From: a virus
Reading direction: 5' to 3' (one strand)
IMG/VR virus record: IMGVR_UViG_3300035661_000010
DNA length: 64,000 nt
The translations under genes and the position numbers were made by a program. Positions within the stretch are counted from its first letter, which is position 1. Each line of letters begins with the position of its first letter. The notes beneath the pieces are model-generated. The model was not told the DNA's origin, did not search any database, and saw only the letters and a program-made list of their open reading frames with translations. Below are positions 38,472 to 48,199 of this stretch, piece by piece.

Positions 38472-38905
38472 AGCGCGAAGAAGTCAAAGCCGCCATCGAA
38501 GCTGAGATCGGGAAGTTCTCCGCTTCGCTCAACAAGGTTCCGCTCGAGCAGGTTCGTAGCCTGTATGCGAAGATGGTTTCTGAGAACGGTCCGGGCCGTG
38601 TTGCTCTCCAGGGGCTCCGCGTCGAGGTCTCCGCTGCCATTCAGGCGCTGAACCCGCCTCCGCACACGCACGATCCGGAGGACGCCGCCGGCAGCCTGAC
38701 CGAGGAGGAGCGCGACGCTCTCCACGAAGCGTCGGCCGAAGGGGTCGCGGACCATCACCGCACTCTCGCAGATCGCGCCCGCCGCCTCGATCCGAACCAC
38801 TCGGACGCACACCACTTCGTTCAAAAGCTCCACGGCACGGCGGTGTGGCGCGAGGTGGACCGTGTCATCGCAGAAGCCGGGATCGGCGCTGGAGGTGCAT
38901 CATGA
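38468..38905 (+). CDS. Hypothetical protein
   Basis: ATGA overlaps on both sides. Confidence 0.5.
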   Translation: MKREEVKAAIEAEIGKFSASLNKVPLEQVRSLYAKMVSENGPGRVALQGLRVEVSAAIQALNPPPHTHDPEDAAGSLTEEERDALHEASAEGVADHHRTLADRARRLDPNHSDAHHFVQKLHGTAVWREVDRVIAEAGIGAGGAS

Positions 38906-39354
38906 GCGGGCAGTTGAACAACACGGCGCAGTCGGACCTGCTGATCCTCGTTTTCCAGAACACGAACTGGGCGAACATCGGTGATGCGACTGGACTGCGT
39001 GGAAGCACCACCGCCGGCAGCTTCTACATCCAGCTCCACACGGCTGACCCAACAGCCACGGGCAACCAGACCTCGTTCGAGTCGGCGTACACGAACTACG
39101 CTCGTCAGGCCGTGGCGAGGAGCTCGGGCGGTTGGACGGTGACGGGTTCGTCTCCGACCATCGCAGAGAACGCAGCGGCGATCACGTTCCCGCAGTCCGG
39201 CTCTTCGGAGACGGAGACGCACTCCAGCCTCGGTCGTGCATCGTCGTCCACCGGAGAGATCCTCTGGTACGGGCCGCTTGGAGCCAGCCTTGCGGTCGCG
39301 TCCCTCATCACCCCATCGTTCGCGATCAACGCGTGGCAGGCGAAGATCATCTGA
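38902..39354 (+). CDS. Conserved phage tail-fibre-associated structural protein
   Basis: FYIQLHTADP..E..YTNYARQAV.R...N.AAITFP..GEILWYG motif set. Confidence 0.7.
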   Translation: MSGQLNNTAQSDLLILVFQNTNWANIGDATGLRGSTTAGSFYIQLHTADPTATGNQTSFESAYTNYARQAVARSSGGWTVTGSSPTIAENAAAITFPQSGSSETETHSSLGRASSSTGEILWYGPLGASLAVASLITPSFAINAWQAKII

Positions 39355-39376
39355 GCCGATTCGGTAGGAGACCAGC

Positions 39377-39808
39377 ATGCCGATTTCATCACTCGCGCAA
39401 CGTACGACGACGTTCACTACAACCACGGCGGCGAACGTCGAGTACCGAACGCCTGCCACGGGGCGCGTCAGGCTCCTCGAATGGTCGTTCATCAATGCGA
39501 CCACGGCGACAGCGCAGAGCATTGGCCTGGGGCGTCCTCAGGCCATCGGCTTGACCCCGGTCAACGTCCTGTTCCAGCGCGACGACCCAGGCGAGCCGGC
39601 GTCGAACATGAACGGCTCGCTCTCGTGGGCCACCTCGCCCACGGTGCCGCTCATCTTCCATCGTCGCTGGTCGGGAACGAACGTCGTCGGTGTCGGCGTC
39701 GTGTGGACCTTCCCTCGCGGTCTCACGATCCCGATCTCGTCCAGCCTCGTGTGCTGGAACATCACGGCCACAGTCGCCGCGGACGTCAACGCAATCGTCG
39801 ACGAGTAA
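39377..39808 (+). CDS. Beta-rich tail protein (paralog A)
   Basis: Highly similar to 39824..40252 (SIGLGRP, LFQRD, WATSPT, FPRG, NITATVAAD). Confidence 0.6.
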   Translation: MPISSLAQRTTTFTTTTAANVEYRTPATGRVRLLEWSFINATTATAQSIGLGRPQAIGLTPVNVLFQRDDPGEPASNMNGSLSWATSPTVPLIFHRRWSGTNVVGVGVVWTFPRGLTIPISSSLVCWNITATVAADVNAIVDE

Positions 39809-39823
39809 AGGGGCGATCGCGAT

Positions 39824-40252
39824 ATGTCGATCAGCTCCCTTGGTCTCAGGACCGGCAACTTCACCGCGTCTCAGGCGTGTCAGGAGATTCGCTCGGTGGC
39901 GGCGGTAGCGCCAAAGCTGATCGAGTTCTCCTTCGTCGTCCAGGGCACTGGTACGGCGTTGTCGATTGGGCTCGGGCGTCCAGCGTCAATCGGCGTGACT
40001 CCGGTGAGCACGCTCTTCCAGCGCGACATCCCGACCGATCCTGCTTCGACGACCAACGGGGCTCTGGCGTGGGCTACGTCACCTACGTCACCGGCCATTT
40101 TCTTCCGTCGATGGTCATGCGGAGCGTTCTCTGGTGTTGGCGTGGTCTTTGTCTTCCCTCGCGGCGTCGTGATCCCAGTGGCCTCGAGCTTTGTCTGTTT
40201 CAACATCACGGCCACGGTTGCCGCAGACACCAACACGATTGTCGACGACTAG
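39824..40252 (+). CDS. Beta-rich tail protein (paralog B)
   Basis: Tandem duplicate of 39377..39808. Confidence 0.6.
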   Translation: MSISSLGLRTGNFTASQACQEIRSVAAVAPKLIEFSFVVQGTGTALSIGLGRPASIGVTPVSTLFQRDIPTDPASTTNGALAWATSPTSPAIFFRRWSCGAFSGVGVVFVFPRGVVIPVASSFVCFNITATVAADTNTIVDD

Positions 40253-40261
40253 GAGAGCTTC

Positions 40262-40435
40262 ATGGGCGAGATCGAGGAGAGCAAGGTGTGTGGCGACTGC
40301 CAGGGCACTGGCCTCGATGAGGCCTCGGGCGAGGCCTGTCTCTGCACCTTGTCTCCGCTGGAGCGTGCGCTCGCAGATCGGCGTATCCTGAACGGCGGGT
40401 CGTACACGCGACTCGTTGGAGGATCACAGGCATGA
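40262..40435 (+). CDS. Small zinc-finger protein (DnaJ-type CxxCxGxG)
   Basis: MGEIEESKVCGDCQGTG...CLC; SD AGGAG; not called separately in the ORF track. Confidence 0.5.
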   Translation: MGEIEESKVCGDCQGTGLDEASGEACLCTLSPLERALADRRILNGGSYTRLVGGSQA

Positions 40436-40842
40436 GCAAGGAAATCGAAGCCCTCATCGCAAAGAACCAAGAGCTTCAGTCGAGAATGTCGTTTCTCGAG
40501 ATGGAGAACGAGAACATGGCCGTCCAGCTCAACAAGGGGCCAGCCGTGCCTTCGTTGGATTGCGTCGCCTACATCACGATCAAGCACATGAGCAATGGCG
40601 GGCTCCAGTTCTCTGGATGCATCGGCGACACGGATTGGTGCATCCAGGTGCTCACCGAAGCGCTCGACACGGTCAAGCGTCTTGGCAAGAAGACGAACCT
40701 CGATGCTCCGCGACTGGTTGGTCCTACTGGTCAGCCGGTCGTCTCCATTCCGGCAAGCGAGACGGACGCAAAGCAGACCATTCCCACCCACGCGTTCGGC
40801 GACGCGCCTCCGGGTCAACGTGGAGACATGCCTCCTGCATGA
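40432..40842 (+). CDS. Hypothetical protein (N-terminal coiled coil)
   Basis: SD GGAGG, ATGA overlap. Confidence 0.55.
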   Translation: MSKEIEALIAKNQELQSRMSFLEMENENMAVQLNKGPAVPSLDCVAYITIKHMSNGGLQFSGCIGDTDWCIQVLTEALDTVKRLGKKTNLDAPRLVGPTGQPVVSIPASETDAKQTIPTHAFGDAPPGQRGDMPPA

Positions 40843-41336
40843 GCGGCTTCATCGGACAGAGCGTGATGGGGGGTCTCTCCTTCGACGGCTGGGCAACCAG
40901 GTCGGATGATGATCGCGCTCGTTCCGAGTTTTATCGAGCTGATGTCGAGCTCGTTCCGATAGGATACGAGGAGGCACTTGGTACCTTTCGTTCTCCATGG
41001 TGGCCGGGTGCCAGCGGTCTGGGGGCTGTTTTCGACGGCACCGATGTTGTGGTCCCGCCTCCAGCATGGAGTCGCTACGACATCAACACGGGCGCCGTCT
41101 CTCGGTACGGGATGACAGGAGTTACCAGGGATCAGTTCGGAACGCCGCTTGGTGGCTGCACCGTGAAGCTGTATCGCACGAACACGGACGAAGTGGTCTC
41201 GTCGATGACGAGCGACTCCGCCGGGAACTACCTGGTGACGACTCCGTACTACCCCGACCGTCACTACATCGTGATCTACAGGGCCGGGTTTCCGGACGTG
41301 TACGGGACGACTGTCAACACCATCATCGGAGCGTAA
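40839..41336 (+). CDS. Protein with carboxypeptidase-regulatory-like (transthyretin-fold) domain
   Basis: TGVTRDQFGTPLGGCTVKLY...TSDSAGNY. Confidence 0.6.
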   Translation: MSGFIGQSVMGGLSFDGWATRSDDDRARSEFYRADVELVPIGYEEALGTFRSPWWPGASGLGAVFDGTDVVVPPPAWSRYDINTGAVSRYGMTGVTRDQFGTPLGGCTVKLYRTNTDEVVSSMTSDSAGNYLVTTPYYPDRHYIVIYRAGFPDVYGTTVNTIIGA

Positions 41337-41342
41337 CGCCCG

Positions 41343-44300
41343 ATGGGTATCGACGTTGGCCTTTCAATCCCGGGAGTCAATGCCGGTGACGTAGTCGCCA
41401 GCAGCAATGGCTTTTCGGCGGTCGCCAATACGCTCGATGTGCCCGCTGGACAGGACATCGGCACTGCTGCCACGTGGAATATCCCTGCCTACGATGCAAC
41501 GATCTTTGGCGCGAACATACAACGTTGGTATCGAGCTATTGATATTGACGGCAACACGATCACTTCGGGTATCTGGCGAGACTCCGCGCACAACTTCGAT
41601 TCGATCATCGGTGGCGGCCTCGTTCTTCCGACGCTTGCGCTGATCAGTGGGAACGCGGCCCTCGAGTTTGTTGGTGGCACGACCGCACCGTTGGTCATTT
41701 CCTACGGTGGTAGTGGTAGCGGATCACTGACTACGCCACCCATTGGTCAGACGTTCGGTGGCGTCATGACCGTTGGCTTCGTGATTGAAACCACGACGTA
41801 CAGTAGCGGGACTGGACCACAGGTCGTGGTCGGACAAAGTTACTACGGCAACGAGTTTGTTTTCGCCGTGGACTGGATCAGCAGCGCTGACGGAAAGCTG
41901 TACTTTGTCTACGGCGACGCGGGTTCGGTGTGGATCGCAAGTGACGCGCCTATCGCGGATGGCCATCCGCATACGGTCGTAGGCACGTGTGATGGGGCCT
42001 TCATCCGCCTCTACATTGATGGCGTCTTGCAATCATCGGTCGTCGCCATCAAGCCACCGGACCTGATCAACGGAACTCGATACGACGCTGACGACGTGAG
42101 TGTCGGCGGCACGTCCTTCTTCGGAAACGCAAGCAACAGCGCCTCGACCCTGTTCGTAGGTCGCGTCACTGAGATCGTTCTCGCGGACACCGCACTCGAG
42201 GGCGGTGGCCTTGCCCTGTTCCAAGCGAAGCTTGCGACGCTCACGACGACGCCGAGCACGCCTGTCCACGCGATCTTCGGTAACAACGTCCGGCACTGGT
42301 TCGCGTCTGAATCCACGTACTCAAGCGGCATCTGGTACGACCTCGCGCTTCAGCGGGACGCAGACCAGGGCATCTTCGGCATGTCCGCACCGTCCCCCGC
42401 GACGATCAACGGCAACCGCTGGTACTCATTCAATGGAACCTCGAACGGGTTCGTGGTTCGCCCATCGACGACTGTCAATCCGTCGAATGCACAGGTCGTC
42501 CGCAACAACGCGACGGTCGCGTGTGTATTTCAGACCTCGGTCGTTGGGTACCAGACACTCGTCGCGCAGCAGTTCTACGTTGCCGGGTTCTGGATCTACA
42601 TCGACACGAGCGGCTTTCTTACCGCGACCTTCACTACTGCTGCCGGCTCTGCGCGGTCGAACGCAACTGTTAATGATGGGCTCCCCCACGCGCTCGTCGT
42701 CACGTGGGATGGCACGCTCGGCATCGTCACCATCTATCTCGATGGCGTTGTGCAGACGCAGACGCAGACGGGCGCGACCGGCCCGATGGTCATCGGAACA
42801 TCAGATGATCTGAACATCGGCTGCGTGACTGCAACCAACGGTAACGCGGGCGCGTACTTCTGGAACGGCTACCTCGGTGAGGTGCTGATCGTCGACACGG
42901 TAGCGACCACAGCGCAGCGCACCGCTCTCACGACGTACCTGACGAGCTGGTTCTCGGCTTCCGGAAGCACGATCAACGGAACGATCGCGGCTCAGGCAAC
43001 AACGTCTGTTGTTGCAAACTTGCTCGGCAATGGTGCGGAGACTGAGCAAGCTACCGCTACAGCTTCTGTCGTCGCGAACCTATTGGGCACCGGAGCTCCG
43101 TCCGAGCAGGCAACGGCCACCAGCTCCCTTGTCGCGAGCTTGCTTGGTAATGGGGCTGAGACGGAACAGGCCACGGCCACAGCGTCCGTCGTTGCCAGCG
43201 CGACTGGGGCCGGAGCTCTCTCTGAACAAGCCACAGCCCTTGGCTCGCTTGTCGCGAACGCGGTCGTCATCATTACTGAGCAGGCAACGGTCACTGGCTC
43301 CGTGGTCGCGAACGCAACGGCCTCGGGCGCCTTGACGGAGACCTCGCAGGCCACCGCTTCTCTGCAAGCGAACATTGTCGCTGCCCTTTCGGAGCAAGCT
43401 TCCGCCGCCGCGTCCCTCGTTGCGAATGCGGCAGGGTCCAGTGCATTGAGCGAACAGGCTACGGCAACAGGTTCGGCTACCCTCGACCTTCGTGGAGCAG
43501 TACCAGGTACCGAACAAGCCACCGCCGCCGGGTCGTTGGTCGCCAACCTGCTCGGAGCTGGAGCCCTCACTGAGCAAGCTACTGCTATAGCTTCGTTCGT
43601 CGGCTCGGCGGCCGCTACGCTGTCTGGTGGTGAGCAGGCCACCGCCACATCGTCGCTTGTCGCGAACCTGCTGGGGACAGATGCGGCCTCGGAACAAGCC
43701 GTGGCAACGACGTCCCTCGTCGCCAGCGCTCTAGGAAGCGGCCCGGAGACCGAACAAGCCACTGCTACGACGTCCCTTGCCGCGAGCGCTACAGGCGCGG
43801 GTGCGCTGACGGAGCAAGCGACAGCCACCGGAACGCTGCAAGCGAACATCGTTGCTGCGCTTACCGAGCAGGCGACAGCCACGGGTTCGGTGGTTGCGAA
43901 TTCTACTGGTGCGGGTGCTCTCACAGAGCAGACCGCCGCGACTACGTCAGTGACGGCGACCACTGGAGTTATCGTCACCGAGCAGGCGACCGCAAATACG
44001 TCGTTGGTTACCAACGGTGTGGGCGCCGCTGCGGGGTCCGAGACATCGCAGGCAACGGCATCGGCCGTTCTGGACCTTCGTGGGACCGGAAGTCTGAGTG
44101 AACAAGCTGCCGCCACCAGTTCTGTTGTAGCAGGCGCAACAGGAGCCGAAGCTGGGTCCGAGCAGGCCACTGCGATAACGTCGTTGGTTGCGAGCCTTCT
44201 CGGTACTGATGCTGCTTCGGAGCAGGCCACGGCCACGAGCTCCATGGTCGCGAATGCTCTTGGCAAGGGCGCCATCATGGAGGCGGCCCAGGCAACAGGC

Positions 44301-45593
44301 TCTCTCCAGGCCACGATTGTCGCCGCGGTGACGGAACAAGCCCAGGCGACCGGATCCGCTGTCCTCAATGCAACAGGCAGCGGCGTCCTGACCGATCAGT
44401 CCCAGGCCACGACGTCCGTTCAGGCCAGCATCGTGGCCGCGGTGAGTGAGACGACTCAGGCGAACGCATCCGTCCTTGCGAACGCAGTGGGCGCAGGGGC
44501 TCTCACGGTCGCCGCTTCGTCCACGACCTCGGTCGTTGCGTCCTCCACGGGATCTCTTGCGGCTACGCAAGCGTCTCAGGCAACAGGATCGACGGTGCTG
44601 AGCGCCCTCGCCAAAGGGGCCGTTACGGAACAGGCTTTGGCGGCAGCCTCTCTCGTCGCCAACCCGTCTGGAGCTGGCGTGCTCACCGAGCAGGCAACTG
44701 CTGCGGCATCGACCGATCTGACGGGTCAGGCAATCGCCAGCGGCACAGGTGCCATCCAGGCCCAGGCGAACGCTTCGCTCATCGCCAACATGACAGGATT
44801 GATTCCTGGAACGATGGCGGCCACTGCTACGGCTTCAGTCTCTGTGGTAGACGTCGGTACTGGATTCATGTCTGCCCAGGAGCAGGCCACAACGTCGCTC
44901 ATCGTGAACGTCCTTGGCAAGGGAGGTCCGACTTCCGCTTCGCAAGCGCTTGCGTCGATGTCTGGATCGATCTCTGGATCCGATGCGGCCACGATGCAGT
45001 CTCTGGTCGCCGCGTCTCTCCTTGCAACCGGGACAGACACTCTTGCCGGAACGTTCGCAGGGTCTGCCACCAGCTCGGTGATCGCTACCGCCCTCGGTAC
45101 TGGATCTCCGTCGATGAGCACCCAGGCATCGGCGTCCGTGGTGCTCGGGCTGGCTGGCGTTGACTCTTCGTTCATCGGGGTGACGGTGACGTCATCGGCA
45201 ACGATGAATATCGGCGGTCTTCGCTCCGGAACGCTTCAAGCGCAGGTCACAACGTCAGCAGCAATGCCGCTTGGTGGTATCACGCAAATGACAGCCCAGC
45301 TCAACGCAGCTGGATTCGTGACTCTCGACATGATCGCGATGGGTGCTCCATCGTTTGCCGCTTCTTCGATCACGGACCTCGTCGCGCTCATCGGAGCCAC
45401 GCTCGGCACATCGGTCTCGATTGATGTCATGGCATCTGGCTCGTTCACCATCCACGGCATCGTCGTGTCGAAAGTGAAGAGTGTGGCAGTATTGCTCAGC
45501 TCGGTGCATCGCAATCCGATCCTCTTCACGCAGACTCGGTCCGCACTAGCCAAGATTGGCTATACGAGAACTCGCAAGAAGCCTGGTTCGTAG
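41343..45593 (+). CDS. Long tail fibre / adhesin: two LamG (ConA-like) domains plus long EQATAT repeat shaft
   Basis: ADGHPHTVVGT.DG..IRLYIDG and NDGLPHALVVTWDG..TIYLDG LamG motifs; tens of ~16-20-aa EQATAT repeats. Confidence 0.75.
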   Translation: MGIDVGLSIPGVNAGDVVASSNGFSAVANTLDVPAGQDIGTAATWNIPAYDATIFGANIQRWYRAIDIDGNTITSGIWRDSAHNFDSIIGGGLVLPTLALISGNAALEFVGGTTAPLVISYGGSGSGSLTTPPIGQTFGGVMTVGFVIETTTYSSGTGPQVVVGQSYYGNEFVFAVDWISSADGKLYFVYGDAGSVWIASDAPIADGHPHTVVGTCDGAFIRLYIDGVLQSSVVAIKPPDLINGTRYDADDVSVGGTSFFGNASNSASTLFVGRVTEIVLADTALEGGGLALFQAKLATLTTTPSTPVHAIFGNNVRHWFASESTYSSGIWYDLALQRDADQGIFGMSAPSPATINGNRWYSFNGTSNGFVVRPSTTVNPSNAQVVRNNATVACVFQTSVVGYQTLVAQQFYVAGFWIYIDTSGFLTATFTTAAGSARSNATVNDGLPHALVVTWDGTLGIVTIYLDGVVQTQTQTGATGPMVIGTSDDLNIGCVTATNGNAGAYFWNGYLGEVLIVDTVATTAQRTALTTYLTSWFSASGSTINGTIAAQATTSVVANLLGNGAETEQATATASVVANLLGTGAPSEQATATSSLVASLLGNGAETEQATATASVVASATGAGALSEQATALGSLVANAVVIITEQATVTGSVVANATASGALTETSQATASLQANIVAALSEQASAAASLVANAAGSSALSEQATATGSATLDLRGAVPGTEQATAAGSLVANLLGAGALTEQATAIASFVGSAAATLSGGEQATATSSLVANLLGTDAASEQAVATTSLVASALGSGPETEQATATTSLAASATGAGALTEQATATGTLQANIVAALTEQATATGSVVANSTGAGALTEQTAATTSVTATTGVIVTEQATANTSLVTNGVGAAAGSETSQATASAVLDLRGTGSLSEQAAATSSVVAGATGAEAGSEQATAITSLVASLLGTDAASEQATATSSMVANALGKGAIMEAAQATGSLQATIVAAVTEQAQATGSAVLNATGSGVLTDQSQATTSVQASIVAAVSETTQANASVLANAVGAGALTVAASSTTSVVASSTGSLAATQASQATGSTVLSALAKGAVTEQALAAASLVANPSGAGVLTEQATAAASTDLTGQAIASGTGAIQAQANASLIANMTGLIPGTMAATATASVSVVDVGTGFMSAQEQATTSLIVNVLGKGGPTSASQALASMSGSISGSDAATMQSLVAASLLATGTDTLAGTFAGSATSSVIATALGTGSPSMSTQASASVVLGLAGVDSSFIGVTVTSSATMNIGGLRSGTLQAQVTTSAAMPLGGITQMTAQLNAAGFVTLDMIAMGAPSFAASSITDLVALIGATLGTSVSIDVMASGSFTIHGIVVSKVKSVAVLLSSVHRNPILFTQTRSALAKIGYTRTRKKPGS
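42990..45460 (+). repeat. Coding tandem repeat (consensus ~EQATATxSxVAxxxGxGAL)
   Basis: Recurring GAGCAGGC/GAACAAGC..AC.GC.AC at 48-60 nt spacing, degenerating toward the 3' end. Confidence 0.8.
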
Positions 45594-45624
45594 ACTGGCT
45601 TCAGACACATGGTATGCTCCGAGC

Positions 45625-45972
45625 GTGATCACAACGCTCGCGGTCCTTCGTTGGTTGAGGGCGAACTTCAAGATCCTGCTCTGGTCTCTCATTGCGATCT
45701 TGGCGTTCCTGTTCGCCGGATGGGTCGTTCTCACCAGGAAGAAAACGAAAGATGACGGCGCCTCACCGTCACCAGGTACTCACGACCTCGGCCCGCTACA
45801 GAACCTCGCACAAGAACGAATCGCTGACGCGGAAACGGAATCGCACATCGAGTCCGAGATCGCCAAGGCCCACTCTGAAGAGCAGCGCGCGCAGCTCACG
45901 GAGATCAAAAAGGTCCCTGATCCGAACGAACGGAGAAAGGCGCTCGCATCATGGCTCAACTCGAATCTCTAA
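45625..45972 (+). CDS. Membrane-anchored coiled-coil protein
   Basis: N-terminal TM segment; GTG 45625 lies 6 nt after TGGTATGCT. Confidence 0.55.
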   Translation: MITTLAVLRWLRANFKILLWSLIAILAFLFAGWVVLTRKKTKDDGASPSPGTHDLGPLQNLAQERIADAETESHIESEIAKAHSEEQRAQLTEIKKVPDPNERRKALASWLNSNL

Positions 45973-45977
45973 CTACG

Positions 45978-46361
45978 ATGGTGGCTGAAGGAGCAGGAGG
46001 TGGGTTCACTGAACCCGTCAGCAACGCAGCCAACGAGCTCGTAAAGACTGGCATTCTCGGAGCCATGCTTGTGCTCGTGGGTGCGTTCGCCGTCTACTTG
46101 CTCATCAAGTTGAACAAGGCTCACGAGTCTCGTATCGAAGACCAGAAAGCAACGACGAAGGCAATCCTGGACCTCTCAGTGTCAATGAAGGATGCTGTAA
46201 AGGAAATGACTCAGGCAATGGGTAAGGTTTGCGAGGCGTCCGACGACTCCAAGGTCGCGCTGGATCGCCTAGACCGCACCATCGACAACGTCGTCCGTGA
46301 CGCGGTTCGTTGGGGCTATCGCAAACCGACACCTCCGTCTGGTCTACCCCGAGGAGGCTGA
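45978..46361 (+). CDS. Single-TM holin-like protein
   Basis: GILGAMLVLVGAFAVYLL followed by a coiled coil. Confidence 0.5.
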   Translation: MVAEGAGGGFTEPVSNAANELVKTGILGAMLVLVGAFAVYLLIKLNKAHESRIEDQKATTKAILDLSVSMKDAVKEMTQAMGKVCEASDDSKVALDRLDRTIDNVVRDAVRWGYRKPTPPSGLPRGG

Positions 46362-46364
46362 ATC

Positions 46365-46667
46365 ATGGCTCTGCTGCAATTTCTGTTTGGACGTGGGCGC
46401 ACGGAAGCGAAGCTTCGCGAAGCAGAGTTCTCAAGTGCCCTCGAAGAGGCTCGCAAGTCGAACGATGAGATCGGGTCGCTGCGGGACCAACTTCGCTCCG
46501 TACAGAAGAGCACTCGTGCAGCCGCACACGTCGACATGCCGATCCCGGTCTTCGACTCCGATCCGCCGACAGAGATGGATCCGATGCCGGAGCCGACGCT
46601 CAAGCTGATTTCGTCACGAGAGCTGGGAGGAGAATATGGGAGAGAAGCAGTCGTTCGAAAGCGGTGA
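46365..46667 (+). CDS. Hypothetical protein
   Basis: SD GAGGAGG. Confidence 0.5.
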   Translation: MALLQFLFGRGRTEAKLREAEFSSALEEARKSNDEIGSLRDQLRSVQKSTRAAAHVDMPIPVFDSDPPTEMDPMPEPTLKLISSRELGGEYGREAVVRKR

Positions 46668-47181
46668 GAATCAGGACGAGTCTCGAGCGACACCGGAAGG
46701 CATCGTTCGAGCGCTCGATGGACTGGTAACGCCACTGGACAAGATCCTGAAGCTGTTCCAGCGTGCCGCAAAGTTCGGTCATGCCCTCTTGGTCGTACTC
46801 GTACTTTTGACCTTGGGGCATTTGCATGCCATCTGGAAGCTGGACGTTCTGGAGAATCGCATGAGCGAGCTCGTGCAGCGTTCGGAGGCAGCTCGTGAAG
46901 CCGCGACCCAGGCGAAGCTGACGGCAGAGGACACGAATCAGAAGGTGACGTCTGTCGAGAAGAAGTCCGAGAACGAGCCATCGTTCACCGTGCAAGCCAG
47001 CACGGACTCGTCTGGAAAGCCGACCGCCGTTCTCGTGATCAAGCCATCGTCAGACAAGGTGACGCATGATGCGGCAGCCTCGAATGCGATCGTGCTTCCT
47101 GTGCCGCTTCCCTCCACGGCACGAGTCGTGAAAGATGGTGGGCCATGGAACGCCGATGGAGGCGCCCCGAAGCAGGAGTGA
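46636..47181 (+). CDS. Single-TM protein with coiled coil (spanin-like architecture possible)
   Basis: ALLVVLVLLTLG TM segment followed by a heptad-rich region. Confidence 0.5.
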   Translation: MGEKQSFESGENQDESRATPEGIVRALDGLVTPLDKILKLFQRAAKFGHALLVVLVLLTLGHLHAIWKLDVLENRMSELVQRSEAAREAATQAKLTAEDTNQKVTSVEKKSENEPSFTVQASTDSSGKPTAVLVIKPSSDKVTHDAAASNAIVLPVPLPSTARVVKDGGPWNADGGAPKQE

Positions 47182-47188
47182 GGTCACC

Positions 47189-47605
47189 ATGTCCGAGAAA
47201 GTGCCCGTTGCGACCCGTCGAACCGTAGACCCGAAGCAGGCGGAGGCGGCCATGGGCATCACCCGGCCCAGGCGCCCTTTCTCCAGCGCCCCCGAGTCGG
47301 AGACGGCTGGACCTGCCCCCGCGGAGTTCGTCATCCCTGTGGGCCGCCTGGGTGAGCTGCGTGGCATCGCAAAGGACATCAGCGAGGACCATATCGCCAT
47401 CGGTCAGCTCGAGGAGCAGATCTTTGCACTCCAGACCCAGAAGGGGACGCTGCTCGGTCGCGTCCAGTCCTCACGGAGGAAGTTCGACGAGGTCCAGAAC
47501 CTCGCCCTCCTCGATGCTGGCGTCCCGTCCGAGGCCGAGGTGCTATCACTCGATCTCCAGGAGGGTCGATACCTGGTGAACGCGCAAACGATTGCGAAGG
47601 AGTAG
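47189..47605 (+). CDS. Hypothetical coiled-coil protein
   Basis: ATG 47189 after GAGG. Confidence 0.5.
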   Translation: MSEKVPVATRRTVDPKQAEAAMGITRPRRPFSSAPESETAGPAPAEFVIPVGRLGELRGIAKDISEDHIAIGQLEEQIFALQTQKGTLLGRVQSSRRKFDEVQNLALLDAGVPSEAEVLSLDLQEGRYLVNAQTIAKE

Positions 47606-47609
47606 GACG

Positions 47610-47861
47610 ATGAGCAGGATCGGCTGGAACCAGTACTTCTTGAACATCGCCAACACGGTGGCGACGTGAGCCACGATCTGCGTGACCTGTACGCCGTGCC
47701 GACTGTGCGCGAAGCTGATCGCGTCCGCCGGCATCAGTCGCATTTGTTATGGCGAACCATACCGAGGTGACCCGAACGTGGTCTCCGAGCTCATCGCTGC
47801 CGGGGTCGAGTTCTTCGACCTCGGTGATCCGAACGTGGAGCCACCGATCCTGAAGACATGA
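47610..47861 (+). pseudogene. dCMP deaminase remnant (internal deletion plus nonsense codon)
   Basis: MSRIGWNQYFLNIANTVAT*ATICVTCTPCRLCAKLIASAGISRICY...; both family termini and PCxxC are present, HAE segment missing, TGA at 47667. Confidence 0.8.
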
Positions 47862-48199
47862 AGACGACGTCGTCCACAGAAGCACTACGGCGAGTCATAC
47901 GAGCACTCCCGCGGTGCTGCTCGTGTGCGGTCGAGCATGCCGTCGTCTGGAACTCGGATCGATGGGGCCTGTGTGAGAAGTGCTTCAAGCAGGTACCGTG
48001 CGGTGACTTTGCACCGACGCACGACATGAGGAACGAGATCTACCAAGCGCTGACGGTGCTGGCGCAGGAAGAGGCTAAAGACAATGTGTTCGTATCGCTT
48101 GACGTCATTCGTGACCTGCATCGCGCTCACAGCGTGCACGACGACTCCGCAACCGAAACCAGAGATTCCGATCCGGACCTGGGAGGAGAGAGCGGCTGA
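47858..48199 (+). CDS. Small Cys-containing hypothetical protein
   Basis: ATGA overlap with the pseudogene stop; CxxC/LCEKC; overlaps the next gene by 116 nt. Confidence 0.4.
   Translation: MKTTSSTEALRRVIRALPRCCSCAVEHAVVWNSDRWGLCEKCFKQVPCGDFAPTHDMRNEIYQALTVLAQEEAKDNVFVSLDVIRDLHRAHSVHDDSATETRDSDPDLGGESG

Noticed and set aside
42992-44368. 458-aa minus-strand repeat ORF (VAVACS repeats)
   Set aside because: It is the mirror of the EQATAT repeat in the fibre gene
39377-45593. Diversity-generating retroelement acting on fibre genes
   Set aside because: No reverse transcriptase and no template/variable repeat pair differing at adenines was seen
47667-47669. In-frame TGA as stop-codon reassignment or selenocysteine
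   Set aside because: TGA terminates many genes here, and the gene also lacks its catalytic HAE segment, so decay is the simpler explanation
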